NCBI GenBank assembly: GCA_964291675.2
Contig: OZ219866.1
Span: forward strand, 64,001-128,000
Direction: 5' to 3'
Length of the DNA stretch: 64,000 nt
Origin: Alphaproteobacteria bacterium
Lineage (GTDB): Bacteria > Pseudomonadota > Alphaproteobacteria > MPNO01
Every line of letters starts with the position of its first letter. Within the stretch, counting starts at the first letter, position 1. This document shows positions 28,926-39,113 of this stretch, in pieces. The notes beneath the pieces were generated by a model. The model saw nothing but the letters and a program-made list of their open reading frames with translations. It did no database searches and had not been told where the DNA came from. A program made the position numbers and the translations under genes.

Positions 28926-30071
28926 TCACGGACCCCGGGAGTAGAAGTCGCGGATGCGCGCCCGCATCGCATCGCCGGTATCGCCGGCGTCGGGCAGCGA
29001 GACCGAGGGCTCCATCGAGCCGTCCATCAGGTTCTCGGTGAACTCCGAGAGGTCGAGGCGCGCGAAGTCGATGCTCTCGATCTCGGCGACGGTCAGGCCC
29101 CGGCAGCTCGACCAGCCGATGCCGAGCTGCGCCCGGCCCTGCTGCTGGAGGATGCGCCCGAGCTTGGAGCCGAACACGCACCAGGCCCGTGAGCGGCGGA
29201 TGCAGAGGCCGAAGAAGGTCTTCTTCGAGCAGTATTTGCCGAGATAGTGGGTGTTCCCGGCCTTGCGTTCCTCGGCCAGCTGGCGCTCCGAGGCCGAGCA
29301 GTTGGCCATCCCCACCAGCAGCCCGGAGTTCCTGCAGCAGTTCGCGAGCCCCCCGAAATGGATGTGGCAGGCCCGGCGGGTCCCCTTGAAGAAGCGCATG
29401 TCCTGGCGGTCGAACTCGTCGCCGCCCAGCTCCAGCGCCATGTTGAGCCGCGTCGTCGCCTCGACGAAGCCGGTGTTGGCCTGCGATGCAACGCTGTCGC
29501 AGTCCGCGCCCACGCACCAGCGCACGGAGCCGCAGGCGCCGCCGCGGCCGGACTGCGCGAGGCCCGACCCGCAGGCCGTCACCGCGCCCGAGGCGAGCCC
29601 GCCCGCGCCGTGGACCGGGGCCTCGGGCGCCGCGGCGATGCCCTCCGAGCGCACCACGCCGGGTTCCGTGGCCGCGACCGGCCGCACGGGCCGCACGGTC
29701 GTGCCCCGGATCACCGCCCGCCCGGCCGCGCCGCCCGGATCGTCCGGATCGGCGAGCCGCGCGCGGGCCGCGCCCTCCATGCCGGAGGCGGTCAGGTTCC
29801 GCTCCGGCACGCTCGTCCCGGCATAGCCCGGCACTTTGATCGTGTTGGACGAATCCCGCGCGATCGCGCCCGCCGCTGCCGTGCCCGCGTGGCCGATGGC
29901 CCGCGCGGCCGCCCGGGGATCCTCCGCCTGCGCCGCCATCCCCGAGACCACCCACAGCATCAGGCAGACGAGGGCGAACATCGCCGTCCAGGTCAGCAAC
30001 CTCATGGTCCGCGTGCCCCGGTCCAACGCGATCTCGATGCGATCGCGGACAAGATCGGATCGTTCCGTCAC
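28926..30071 (-). CDS. traN: Short TraN
   Basis: FFKG...C, NCC, HYLGKYC, WCVFGSKLGRILQQQGRAQL, CRGLT, IDFARLDLSEF. Confidence 0.88.
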   Translation of the reverse strand: MTERSDLVRDRIEIALDRGTRTMRLLTWTAMFALVCLMLWVVSGMAAQAEDPRAAARAIGHAGTAAAGAIARDSSNTIKVPGYAGTSVPERNLTASGMEGAARARLADPDDPGGAAGRAVIRGTTVRPVRPVAATEPGVVRSEGIAAAPEAPVHGAGGLASGAVTACGSGLAQSGRGGACGSVRWCVGADCDSVASQANTGFVEATTRLNMALELGGDEFDRQDMRFFKGTRRACHIHFGGLANCCRNSGLLVGMANCSASERQLAEERKAGNTHYLGKYCSKKTFFGLCIRRSRAWCVFGSKLGRILQQQGRAQLGIGWSSCRGLTVAEIESIDFARLDLSEFTENLMDGSMEPSVSLPDAGDTGDAMRARIRDFYSRGP

Positions 30072-30874
30072 GGCTGTCGTTCCTTTCTCAGACGTTCGAG
30101 CTGACGCCGGGCCGTGTCGCGCCCGACGGCTCCCTCGTCCGCGACGGCCTGGAGCGCCGCCGCGAGGCCGATGTTTCCCGTCACGACGTCATGGGATGGC
30201 GCGGGGTCGTCGGCGCAGCCCCGGCTCCGGCAGGGCGGCACCCCGCCCGGCACCACCACCACGGCAGGCACCCGTTCGATGCCGAACAGGCGAAACAGGC
30301 GCGGGTCGATGGCGACGCCGGCCTCTGCGCCGCCAAGGCGGTCGCCGATGCGCCTGATCGTGGCGCGCATCCCGTCTTCCGACACGCCGCGCAGCACCAG
30401 CGGCGGACCGGCGTGTTCCGCTGCGCCGAGCCGGGCCGCCTCGCGCGCCCATTGCTGCCAGCTCGCGGCGGGCACCGACAGGCTGGTGAAGATCAGAACT
30501 TCCGCCGTCCCGGAACGCGGTCCGGTGAGACCGCCTGCATGGCGCTCGGCCGGGAGGGGAGGGGCGGACCGTCCGGGCGAACCAGGGCCCGCCGCGCCTG
30601 CCCCGGACACCGATCCGGGAACCGTTTGCCGCGCTGCCGTGCCGGCCCGCTCCAGCGCGCGGTCCAGGATCGAGCGGGTCCAGTCGCCGAGATCGTCGCC
30701 GCCCGCCTTGCGCAAGACCTCCGCCGCAAGCTCGCTTGCGGCGGCTTCCGAAGGCGCCGGCGTTTGCTGGGCCAGCGCCGGGCGGCAGCACGCCGCAAGC
30801 AGGAGGAGGCCGGCAAGCCCGGCAACCAGGGCTCCGGAGCGCCTTGCCGACGTCCGGTTCAGAGGAGGCAACAT
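30068..30874 (-). CDS. trbC: F-type TrbC pilus assembly protein
   Basis: LIFTSLSVP, LVLRG, IDPRLFRLFGIERVPAVV, GNIGL. Confidence 0.88.
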   Translation of the reverse strand: MLPPLNRTSARRSGALVAGLAGLLLLAACCRPALAQQTPAPSEAAASELAAEVLRKAGGDDLGDWTRSILDRALERAGTAARQTVPGSVSGAGAAGPGSPGRSAPPLPAERHAGGLTGPRSGTAEVLIFTSLSVPAASWQQWAREAARLGAAEHAGPPLVLRGVSEDGMRATIRRIGDRLGGAEAGVAIDPRLFRLFGIERVPAVVVVPGGVPPCRSRGCADDPAPSHDVVTGNIGLAAALQAVADEGAVGRDTARRQLERLRKERQP

Positions 30875-31860
30875 GTCCGTTTTCTCCACAGCAGGTAGCC
30901 GAAGTTCTCGCCCGCGACCGGTAGCTCGCGCAGCGATTCCCAGAGCACCGACGAGCGGCCGGTCGGGTTGCAGCCGGTCATCGGCGAGGTCGCCGGCACC
31001 GGCTGGGTCATCTGCCAGCGGTACTGCGACTTCTTCATCACCGGCATCGGGTAGCGTCCGCAGAGCGCCGCCGAGCCCGAGGTGCCCCAGGCAATCCCGG
31101 CGCGGTGGAGCCGGTAGACCAGCCGCTGGGCCGCGAGCAGCGACGCCTGCACCCCGCCGACATGGGCGGCGACGTTGCCGGTGAGCGGATACATCCCCCC
31201 CTGGCACCCGGCGCACCAGAACATGGGATCGAGCGGCAGGCCGGCCGAGGCCGCGGCGCAGTCGGCGGCGCATGCCGCCTGCGCCGGCAGGTTGGCGAAC
31301 AGCGCCGCTTCCGGGTTCAAGAGGAACGACAGCTCGTCGTCGAGCCAGGCCGGGTCGAGCTCCGAGGTCCAGGCGATGTCGAGCCCGCCGCCTTCGAGGC
31401 AACCGAGATCGAGCAGCACGCCGATCCAGGAGAGCAGGGGATACATGTAGTAGTGCGCGTGCCAGACCGAGCCCTTGGCGCCATCGCCGCCGGAGGAGCC
31501 CGTGCGGCCGCGCGCGGCGTGCAGCCCCGGGTCGATGGTGAGGCCGCCCAGGTTGGGGAAGCACCAGGGCGCCCGCGTCACGTCCATCAGCCGCGCCGGC
31601 TCCCACACCCCGAGCGAGAGGCCGATGCGCGGGATCGGCGAGCCGCAGAGGCAGATCGGCGAGGAGGGGTTGGGCGTGTCCGGCGCGCCCGTCGCGCTGC
31701 CGATCGTGATCGGGCCGATCGTGATGGGAAACAGGCACTCCCAGCACACGTCCGAGATCGGGTTGACGAACCGCCCCGTGCAGGACTGCGCCGAGGCCGC
31801 GCCCGGCCACAACAGGGCCAGCAACGCGAGCGCGGCCGGGAGGGCGAGGCGGCGGGTCAT
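30859..31860 (-). CDS. traU: TraU
   Basis: CTGRFVNPISDVCWECLFPI, WEPARL, WCAGCQG.MYPLTG, WRKRTCC. Confidence 0.95.
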   Translation of the reverse strand: MTRRLALPAALALLALLWPGAASAQSCTGRFVNPISDVCWECLFPITIGPITIGSATGAPDTPNPSSPICLCGSPIPRIGLSLGVWEPARLMDVTRAPWCFPNLGGLTIDPGLHAARGRTGSSGGDGAKGSVWHAHYYMYPLLSWIGVLLDLGCLEGGGLDIAWTSELDPAWLDDELSFLLNPEAALFANLPAQAACAADCAAASAGLPLDPMFWCAGCQGGMYPLTGNVAAHVGGVQASLLAAQRLVYRLHRAGIAWGTSGSAALCGRYPMPVMKKSQYRWQMTQPVPATSPMTGCNPTGRSSVLWESLRELPVAGENFGYLLWRKRTCCLL

Positions 31861-32279
31861 TCCGCGCGGCCTGCCCCGGACGCCGATCCGGGGGCCGGTG
31901 CGGAATCGCCGGCATCGGGCGTGTCTCCCGGCGCGCGGCGACTGCCGAGGATGTTGACCATGCCCTGCCACCCGGACACGACGATCTCCGTCACCGTCCG
32001 GTCGTTGCCTTCCCTGTCGGTGAAGCCGCGCGTTGCGATCCGGCCCTCGACCATCACCCGGTCGCCCTTGCGCAGCATCCTGCCAACCGCCTCCACCACG
32101 GGGCCGTAGACCACGATCCTGTGCCACTCCGTTGCTTCGGCGGGGCGTCCCTCCGCGTCCGTCCACTTCTCGGTCGTGGCGAGGGTGAAGGTGGCCGCCT
32201 TGCCGCCGTTCTTCAGATCCCGGATCTCCGGGTCCTTTCCGGCATGGCCCACCAGGGTCGCTCGGTTCACATTCAGCAT
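31857..32279 (-). CDS. ssb: Second SSB, embedded between traW and traU
   Basis: VNRATLVGHAGKDPEIR, LATTEKW, TEWHRIV, VEGRIATR; no acidic C-terminal tip. Confidence 0.9.
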   Translation of the reverse strand: MLNVNRATLVGHAGKDPEIRDLKNGGKAATFTLATTEKWTDAEGRPAEATEWHRIVVYGPVVEAVGRMLRKGDRVMVEGRIATRGFTDREGNDRTVTEIVVSGWQGMVNILGSRRAPGDTPDAGDSAPAPGSASGAGRAE

Positions 32280-32282
32280 GAC

Positions 32283-32987
32283 TCAGTCCTCCTCTTCGTG
32301 TCCTGTTCCCCGGATCGGGGTCCGGGGCAGGCCGGACCCCGATCCGGGATCGTCCCGGTCCTCGACCGGGACTTCCGTGATGCGCAGCCGCGGTCCCGCC
32401 TGTTCGACCAGGCTCGGCGTGAAGCGGAGGCCCAACCGCGCGGCGAGGCGCCCGCCCTGGTCGAAGAAGAAAGGCCAGCCGTGGCGGCGCATCAGTTCGA
32501 GCGGCCGTCCGGCGAGCAGCACGATCTTCGCGGGGCGGTCATGGGCGAGCGCCCAGGCGATCTCGGCCTCGAGCCGGCCGTCGACAAACAGCAGGTCGCG
32601 GGCGAGCGTCATGCGTTCCAGCGGGTTCACCCGCGTGCCGGCCGCGGCGATGAGAACGCCGTCGGATGTACGGATGTCGCGTTCGACGCCGATGGCGGGA
32701 TCGAACAGGCGGCTCCGCCGTTCCGTGGCGGGCGCGATGCCCGACACCGGGTCCGGTTCCTCCAGCTTCCGCCGGGCATTGGCGCGGGCCTCGCTTTCCA
32801 GCCGCGCCAGCTCGCCCGAGCCCTGCATTTCGATCAGCCGCGCCTCGATCTGCGCCAGCAGGTCGGGCTCCGCCACCGGCCAGGTCGCGCCGCGCACGCC
32901 GAGATCCGTCGCGGATGCGGGCGCGGCCAACGCCAGCGCAACCGCCACTGCCGGCGCCCACAGCCGCCGGAAGGCCGGGCGCGTCAC
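32283..32987 (-). CDS. traW: TraW
   Basis: DLGVRGATWPVAEPDLL, GTRVNPL, FFFDQGGRL..LG...PS; GTG start overlaps the upstream stop. Confidence 0.92.
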   Translation of the reverse strand: MTRPAFRRLWAPAVAVALALAAPASATDLGVRGATWPVAEPDLLAQIEARLIEMQGSGELARLESEARANARRKLEEPDPVSGIAPATERRSRLFDPAIGVERDIRTSDGVLIAAAGTRVNPLERMTLARDLLFVDGRLEAEIAWALAHDRPAKIVLLAGRPLELMRRHGWPFFFDQGGRLAARLGLRFTPSLVEQAGPRLRITEVPVEDRDDPGSGSGLPRTPIRGTGHEEED

Positions 32988-33610
32988 GACCGGTCTCCGG
33001 CAGCCGGGGGCGGTCCCCCGGCCGGATGCGGCAGGATCGTCGGGGCTCCGGTTTCCGCGTCCTCCGGCCCGGCCAGCGGCCCGTCGAGCCCGAGCCAGGG
33101 GATGTCGGGCATGGCGATCGCGCGCCCGAGGATGCGATCGCGCGGCACGAGGCCGATCTCCGCGTAGCGGCTGTCGTGGGAATCCGCGTGCTCGGCGGAC
33201 AGGTAGTAAAGTCCGGAAGGGATGACGCCCGGCGCGATGGCGTCCAGCGGCCGCCCGTCGAGCGCATGGCTCTTGGCCCGGCCCACCGGCTCCCCGTCCA
33301 GGAATACCGTCCGGTCTTCGCCGATCGTGACCCGCATCCCCGGCACGCCGCGCACGGTCTTGAGATACGGAACCGGCGAGCCCAGGGCTTCCGGGGGGTC
33401 GAACAGCACCCGGTCGCCGATTATCGGCGCCTCGCCGAACAGCGGGAGGGCGGCATAGCCCCACGCCCGGTCCGACCAGCTGGCGTTGACATGGATGCGC
33501 GAGGCCGCGCCCAGCCAGACGGCCGCCAGCACGACCATGACCGCGAGCCCGACATGCCGGCGGCGCGAACGGCCGGCCTTCCGCGCGAGTTGCAGACCCT
33601 GCGCGCTCAT
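32984..33610 (-). CDS. S26 signal peptidase (TrhF-like pilin maturation)
   Basis: VNASWS, YLKTVRGVPG, SHDSRY.EIGLV. Confidence 0.88.
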   Translation of the reverse strand: MSAQGLQLARKAGRSRRRHVGLAVMVVLAAVWLGAASRIHVNASWSDRAWGYAALPLFGEAPIIGDRVLFDPPEALGSPVPYLKTVRGVPGMRVTIGEDRTVFLDGEPVGRAKSHALDGRPLDAIAPGVIPSGLYYLSAEHADSHDSRYAEIGLVPRDRILGRAIAMPDIPWLGLDGPLAGPEDAETGAPTILPHPAGGPPPAAGDRS

Positions 33611-34032
33611 CGCGCCGCTCCCCGCTCCGCCAGGATCGCCGCGAGCGCGGCCTCGACCCGGGCCGTCGCGTCCGGCGCGCCGGCGGCCACGGCGCGGGCC
33701 GGCAGCAGGACCAGGCGATGACGTTCGGCCACCTGTCCGAGCGCCGCTTCGAGGGCCTCGCCCCAAGCGCGCACGTCCTCCGCGCTCTTGCCTTCGCTTG
33801 CGGCGCGCGTGGTGTAGGCCGCCGCGATCTCGGCAAGCCGCACGCCGGCGATACGCGGCGGCTCTTCCACGCCGTATCGGAGCGTCGCAGCCGCGACCGC
33901 CGCCGCCACGGCGCCCGACAGCAGCACCGCCGACACCATGACCGGCCAGCTCGACCCCTTCCGGCCCATGTCAGCCTTCGCCAGCAACTTGCCCCGGACC
34001 CGTTCCGGGGTCCGATCCGTCCGGTCGGGCAA
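33607..34032 (-). CDS. trbI: TrbI-like protein
   Basis: Single TM segment, C-terminal LVLL..AV.AGAPDAT, and position in the operon; start uncertain. Confidence 0.75.
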   Translation of the reverse strand: MPDRTDRTPERVRGKLLAKADMGRKGSSWPVMVSAVLLSGAVAAAVAAATLRYGVEEPPRIAGVRLAEIAAAYTTRAASEGKSAEDVRAWGEALEAALGQVAERHRLVLLPARAVAAGAPDATARVEAALAAILAERGAAR

Positions 34033-34630
34033 CCGCCGCGAAGCGCCGCTGCCGCTCCTCTTCCGGCCCGGCGAGCGCCCGGAAGCGGGCGAGCCAGCCG
34101 GTGGCGGCCTTGTCCGGTGGCATCGAGCGGATGCGCCGCTTCAGCGGCGGGAAGGCGACGCCGGTGCTCGCGGGGGCATCGTCCATGATGTCCCGGCGCT
34201 CGGCTGCCGCCGCCATCCGGGTGACGAACCGCAGGAGTTCCGCCTGTTCTTCCTCGAGAACGGCATCGAGCCCCGCCGCCTGGCGCACCGCGGTCTCGAT
34301 CCCGGTAGCGAGCCTTCCGGCGCGGTCCGCCGCGCGCTGCGAGTCCGGCAGGTGCCCCCGGAGCCAGGCGGACGGCGCATTCGCGACCAGCGCGTGCAGC
34401 GCGAGCCGCCGGCGGTCCTCGTCGCCAAGACCGTCGAGCGCCTCGATCTCCTCGCTGACGATCACCGCATGGGCCGCGACCGAGTGGTAGTGGCGGGTGC
34501 AGCCGCCCCGGCGGCAGGTGTTAGCGAGCACATGGGCCAGCGCCTCGAAGTCGATGTCGGCGCCCGTCACGTCCTCCGGATCGCCGGGCCAGTTGAGCGG
34601 CCGTTCGCCGCCCGGTGATTTCCGCGTCAT
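33971..34630 (-). CDS. YfbR-like HD-fold protein with degenerate active site
   Basis: IDFEALAHVLANTCR.GG...HSVAAHA is conserved, but LLHDAxEAY is replaced by LVANAPSAW; ATGA-coupled to traC. Confidence 0.7.
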   Translation of the reverse strand: MTRKSPGGERPLNWPGDPEDVTGADIDFEALAHVLANTCRRGGCTRHYHSVAAHAVIVSEEIEALDGLGDEDRRRLALHALVANAPSAWLRGHLPDSQRAADRAGRLATGIETAVRQAAGLDAVLEEEQAELLRFVTRMAAAAERRDIMDDAPASTGVAFPPLKRRIRSMPPDKAATGWLARFRALAGPEEERQRRFAAVARPDGSDPGTGPGQVAGEG

Positions 34631-37160
34631 GCGCCTTCTCCCGTTTCGGATGGTTCGGAATGTCCGGCAGCGCCGGTTGCAAGCCGGTCGATGGCCTCGA
34701 CGGTCGTGAGCCCCTCGGCCTTGAGCCGCTCGACCGCCGCGAAGGCAGGGCCGCGCGACGAGAACAGCGCCACCGACCACGGATCGAGCACCAGCCGCGC
34801 CACCCGCCAGCCGTCCGGGCCGTGCAGCACCAGCTCGGCATAGCGGCCGTCCGCCGTTGTCAGGCTCTTGAGAGCGCGCTCCATGCCCGGGTCGCAGTGG
34901 ATGCGCTTCTCGGACTTCAGGAGCTCGACCGACTCGTCCTTCTGGGCGAGGAAGATCACCCAGTCCGAGTTCTCCCAGGCCGCCCGCGCCGCCGGGTTGG
35001 CGTAGTAGTCGTTGACACTCTGGGTGCCGGTGATGAGCGCGCCGCGGTATTTGCGGGCTCTTCTGGCGGCGCCTTCGAGGAATGCCTTCGAGTCCTCGCC
35101 CGACAGGAGATCCCAGGCCTCGTCGATGACGATGGCCTTCGCCCGCGTGCGGGGGCCGTGATACATGCGCTGGGTGGCGAGGAAGACCACCAGCATCAGC
35201 ACCACCGCCTGGACGTCGCCCCGGCCCTTGAGCTCGGCGAGTTCGAACACGGTGAGCGCGTTCTCCAGGTCGGGGACGTTCGAGCCCGCGAACAGCCGGC
35301 CCATGGCGCCGCCAGGACACCAGGGGCCCAGCGTGGTCGCCATGTCGGCGGCACGGCGGTCGTCCCGCTTCGCGAGATGGCCCCGCACCGTGCCGAGATC
35401 GGCGTCGTTGCCGGCCTCGTCCCAGGCCGCCGCGATGGCCTCCGCGATCAGCGCCGCCTCGATGTCGTCGATGGAACCCCGGCGCCGGGCCATGCGGCCG
35501 ATGACGCTGGCCAGCATGGCGAAGCACTCTTCCCTGTAGTCGCCGTCATGCTCGGCAGTGCCTGAGTCGATCATGGCGAAGGGATTGAGGCAGGCCGGGT
35601 CCTTGCCGAAGGCGATGAACGCTCCCTCCAGGGCTTCGGCCGTGTGCTGGAACGACCGGCCGTCGTCGATCACCACGGCCTCGCCGCCGGCGCCGATCAG
35701 CCCGGTGACCAGCTCCTGCATCAGCACCGACTTTCCGGAGCCCGACTTGCCGGTGACGGCGACGTTGTAGTTGCCGGCCTCGTTGGCGAAGGGCGACCAG
35801 CAGGCCGGCTGGCCGCGCCGCCCGATCAGGAACAGCGCCGGCGGGTTGTCCGGGTTCGCCGGCTGTCCCCGCCACTCGCCGTGCAGCGGGGCGAGGTTGA
35901 CCGCGCTCGACGTCAGCAGCGTCTTCATCCGGCCCATGCGTTCGAGATCGGCGTCGAGGCCCCCGGCCGAGCCATGGGGAGGCACGCCAGCCAGGAGGGA
36001 AGCTGCACGTAGCGCTCGGCGTTCACCCGCCAGCCCTGGCCGTGATAGATCGCGCGGACCGCCTGCTCGGCCTCGTCGAGCGCGTCCAGCGGCGCGTAGA
36101 CCGCGGCCATGTAGCAGGCCCGCACCAGCTTCTCGCCGTCCTTGATCCGGTCGGTGACCGCCTGCCAGTCGCGCGCCTTCTCGGGCAGGCCGGGGAGATA
36201 CTTGGCGATGCCGGTGCCGGCCTGTTGCGTCGCGCGGGCGGACTTGAGGAACGCCTTTTCGCCCGCCGCCTCGTCGCCGGTGACGACGGTGAGGCAGGTG
36301 AGCACCGGGCAGCCCGGTTGCAGAAAGTCGCGGTGGAAGTCGCCGATCAGGGCATTGCCGCGCCAGCCCGGCCAGACCTCCGGGAAGGCGATGGCGCTGA
36401 GCACCCGCACCGCAATGTCCTGCCCGTCCGGGTGATGGAAGGCGAGGCCCGTGGGATGGACCGAGAGCGCCCGCCCGGGGGCGATGCACTGTTCGTGGAG
36501 CGGGTCGCGCGGCGCCCAGCGGCGCGGCGGCCGTTCGGTGCCGCCGTCACGATGGCCGCCGATGTCGGGGCTGGTGAGCTCCGCCGCGAGCGAGAGCAAC
36601 CCATCGGGCTCCAGCCGCCGTATCTGCGCGCCGGCCGAGGCCAGCGTCCCCTCCAGCGCCCGGCGGAACGCGCCGAGCGCGGTCTCGGAAGCCGGGCCGG
36701 GCGGCCCGGCCAGGCTGGCGGTGACGAACACCCGGTAGTCGGCCAGCGTGAAGGGCGGCCCGCCCGAATGCAGGCGGCGCCAGCCGCCGGAGGCGAGCAG
36801 GGCGCGTCGCCCGGTTTCCATGCGGGCGAGCGCGCCGCCGCCGTCGCTTCGGGGTTCCGACCAGCTCCGCGCTGCCGCCCCGAACCTTGGGCTCGCCCAG
36901 TGGACGACCTGGACCGTGCAGCGTTCGGGCGCGGCGTCGGCCAGCGTGCCCGCCAGCGCGCCCAGCGTCTCGGCGTCGATGCCGGCGAAGGGCGGCAGCT
37001 CGACCACGAACCCGGTGCTGGCCGCGTTGACGTAGAGCTCGCTGGACTCGTCCCAGGCGCGCCAGGGCAGAAGCGCGTGCAGCTCGGCCGACATCGCCGG
37101 CGGCGACCAGGGTCCCGGCGCCTCCGGACCCTCGAACAGCTCCAGCAGGCGGCGGATCAC
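34627..37160 (-). CDS. traC: VirB4-family ATPase TraC (-1 frameshift near 35972)
   Basis: LLPWRAWD N-terminus; NYNVAVTGKSGSGKS, IDEAW, RRARKY; two overlapping ORFs join as CLPM-GSAGG. Confidence 0.9.
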
Positions 37161-37843
37161 TCGACCCTCCAGCCCGCGGGCTCCAGCACGACCCGGACCC
37201 AGGCGGCCTCGCGGTACACCCCGTCCGCATCGACGAAGGGCGCGATCCAGATCCGCGCGACGACCTCCTCGGTGCGCAGATCGTCGGCGTCGGGGTCTTC
37301 CTGCGCAGACTCGCTCCGCACGCGGCCGGGATCGGCCGGAAGGGCGGCGGCTGCCGGTTCTTCCAGACGCGCAGCGTCCGGTCCCTCCGGGTGAGCCGAC
37401 GAGGCCGCCGTGTCCGTCTCCCGCGCGGTGCGGGCCGCTGGCGCGTCCCTCTCCGCGGCGGCACGCGCCGGTTCCGGCTCGCCGGCGGTGGCTCGCTCGC
37501 CGCCGCCATCATTGCCGTCACCGAACAGCCGCGCGAGCCAGGCGAGGGGATCGAACCCGCCGCATTCGGCCTCGCAGGACCGGCCCGCCCCCGGCGGCGC
37601 TCCGGGCGCCCGCTCCGCGTGGGGCCGCCAGAGCGGCTCGCGCAGCACGGTGTTCTCCCCGGCGGCCGGGTCCGGCACCGCCGGGTCGGCCTCCGCCACG
37701 CTGCCGCAGGACCCGCCCTTCGGCAGCGGGCACTGCCACTCGTCGCCCACATGGGTCGCCGCGCAGCCGGCGAGCAGCAGCGCGGCCAGCGCGGCGGCCG
37801 GGACCCCGGCCCGGCGCGGCGCAGGTGTCTTCGGATGCGTCAT
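37157..37843 (-). CDS. traV: TraV lipoprotein
   Basis: Lipobox LLAGC, WQCP....C.SV, RIWIAPFVDADG. Confidence 0.9.
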   Translation of the reverse strand: MTHPKTPAPRRAGVPAAALAALLLAGCAATHVGDEWQCPLPKGGSCGSVAEADPAVPDPAAGENTVLREPLWRPHAERAPGAPPGAGRSCEAECGGFDPLAWLARLFGDGNDGGGERATAGEPEPARAAAERDAPAARTARETDTAASSAHPEGPDAARLEEPAAAALPADPGRVRSESAQEDPDADDLRTEEVVARIWIAPFVDADGVYREAAWVRVVLEPAGWRVE

Positions 37844-37844
37844 C

Positions 37845-39113
37845 TCACTCTCCCTTGCGTGCCGTCAGGACGGGGCCGCGGCCGTCGATGCGGGCGCCCT
37901 CGAGGAACACCAGCGTCACCCGCGTCCCGGCCTGGAGCTGGATCACCGGCTGGTACTGCTCGGCGCGGCGGATCATGTAGTCGGCGACCTTCTGCCCGGC
38001 GGTGCCCGCGCCGGCGCCGAGACCGGCCCGCCCGATGTCGCTCAATCCCGTGTTCGCGACGGCGGCGCCGGTCCCGGTCGCCACCGCCTGGGGCTGGAAC
38101 GCCTGCGCCACCCCCTGGCCGAGGCCCGAGACCATGCCGGCGAGAAACGCCTTCTCCACGAGCGCGCCCTCGCGGCTCACGACGGGCCCGCGCACCCCGG
38201 TCTTGCCCGAGCCCGCGACGAACCCGGCGACGTCGGTTTCGACCACCGTGCCGGACTCAGGGCCGGCGCAGGTCATGGTGCGGAAGCGCACATAGACCTT
38301 CTCCGAGGAGAGGTCGCCGTGGGCGGCGCCGGTCACGGTGCAGCCCTCGACGTCGACTGCCAGGGCCGTCCCGTCCTCGGCGGCGGTCCAGGCAGGGCCG
38401 GTGATGCGCATGAGCACCGGGCGGGGATCGCCCTGGGAGGAGACCCCGGCCGAGGCGTCGACCCCGGCCAGCACCACCGCCTCGGCATGGGCGCCGGCCG
38501 GCAGCCACACCGAGACCGGCTTCGCCACCGCATCGGCGACCATCTCCGCGCCGCTGCGGGGGTCGTGCACCGACGACTGCGGCGCGCCTTCCAGCTCGAA
38601 GGTCTCGATCATCCGCCCCGGGAGCGGCGCCGCCGGTTGCGGCTGCCCGCCCGCCGGCGGCGCGTCGCCCTGCACCCGGAAATACTCGCCCGACCCCGGC
38701 GCGGCGCCCGGCGGCGGTTCCACGCCGCGCCGCAGCTCGTCGATGACCACCGCCTGGCGGTCGATGACGGAACGCGCGTCGGCGGCGTCCGCCTCGAGCC
38801 GGGCGCGCAGCCGCTCGTTGTCGGCGCGGAGCGTGCGCGCCTCCTGGCGCAGCTCGCGGAGCTGCGTCTCGATCCCCCCGAGCCTGGCCTCGGAGCGCCG
38901 CGTCCAGACCTTCTCGGCGGCGTCCGGTCCGGCGATCTCCGCCTCGATGCCGCCTCGCGGCGCGCGCTCCCCGCCGCCGCCCATGCCGAGCCAGGCGGCG
39001 AGACCGAGCAGCAGCACGGCCGCAACGACGGAGAACAGAAGCAGCTGGCGCCGCCTCACCGCCCCGGCGTCGCCGGGGTCCGCGCCGGTGCGGAAGTTCC
39101 GGCCCGCGCTCAC
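37845..39113 (-). CDS. traB: TraB (VirB10-like)
   Basis: TM segment plus coiled coil, WLPAG..AEAVVLAGVDA, GDLSSEKVYVR, AEQYQPVI. Confidence 0.92.
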   Translation of the reverse strand: MSAGRNFRTGADPGDAGAVRRRQLLLFSVVAAVLLLGLAAWLGMGGGGERAPRGGIEAEIAGPDAAEKVWTRRSEARLGGIETQLRELRQEARTLRADNERLRARLEADAADARSVIDRQAVVIDELRRGVEPPPGAAPGSGEYFRVQGDAPPAGGQPQPAAPLPGRMIETFELEGAPQSSVHDPRSGAEMVADAVAKPVSVWLPAGAHAEAVVLAGVDASAGVSSQGDPRPVLMRITGPAWTAAEDGTALAVDVEGCTVTGAAHGDLSSEKVYVRFRTMTCAGPESGTVVETDVAGFVAGSGKTGVRGPVVSREGALVEKAFLAGMVSGLGQGVAQAFQPQAVATGTGAAVANTGLSDIGRAGLGAGAGTAGQKVADYMIRRAEQYQPVIQLQAGTRVTLVFLEGARIDGRGPVLTARKGE

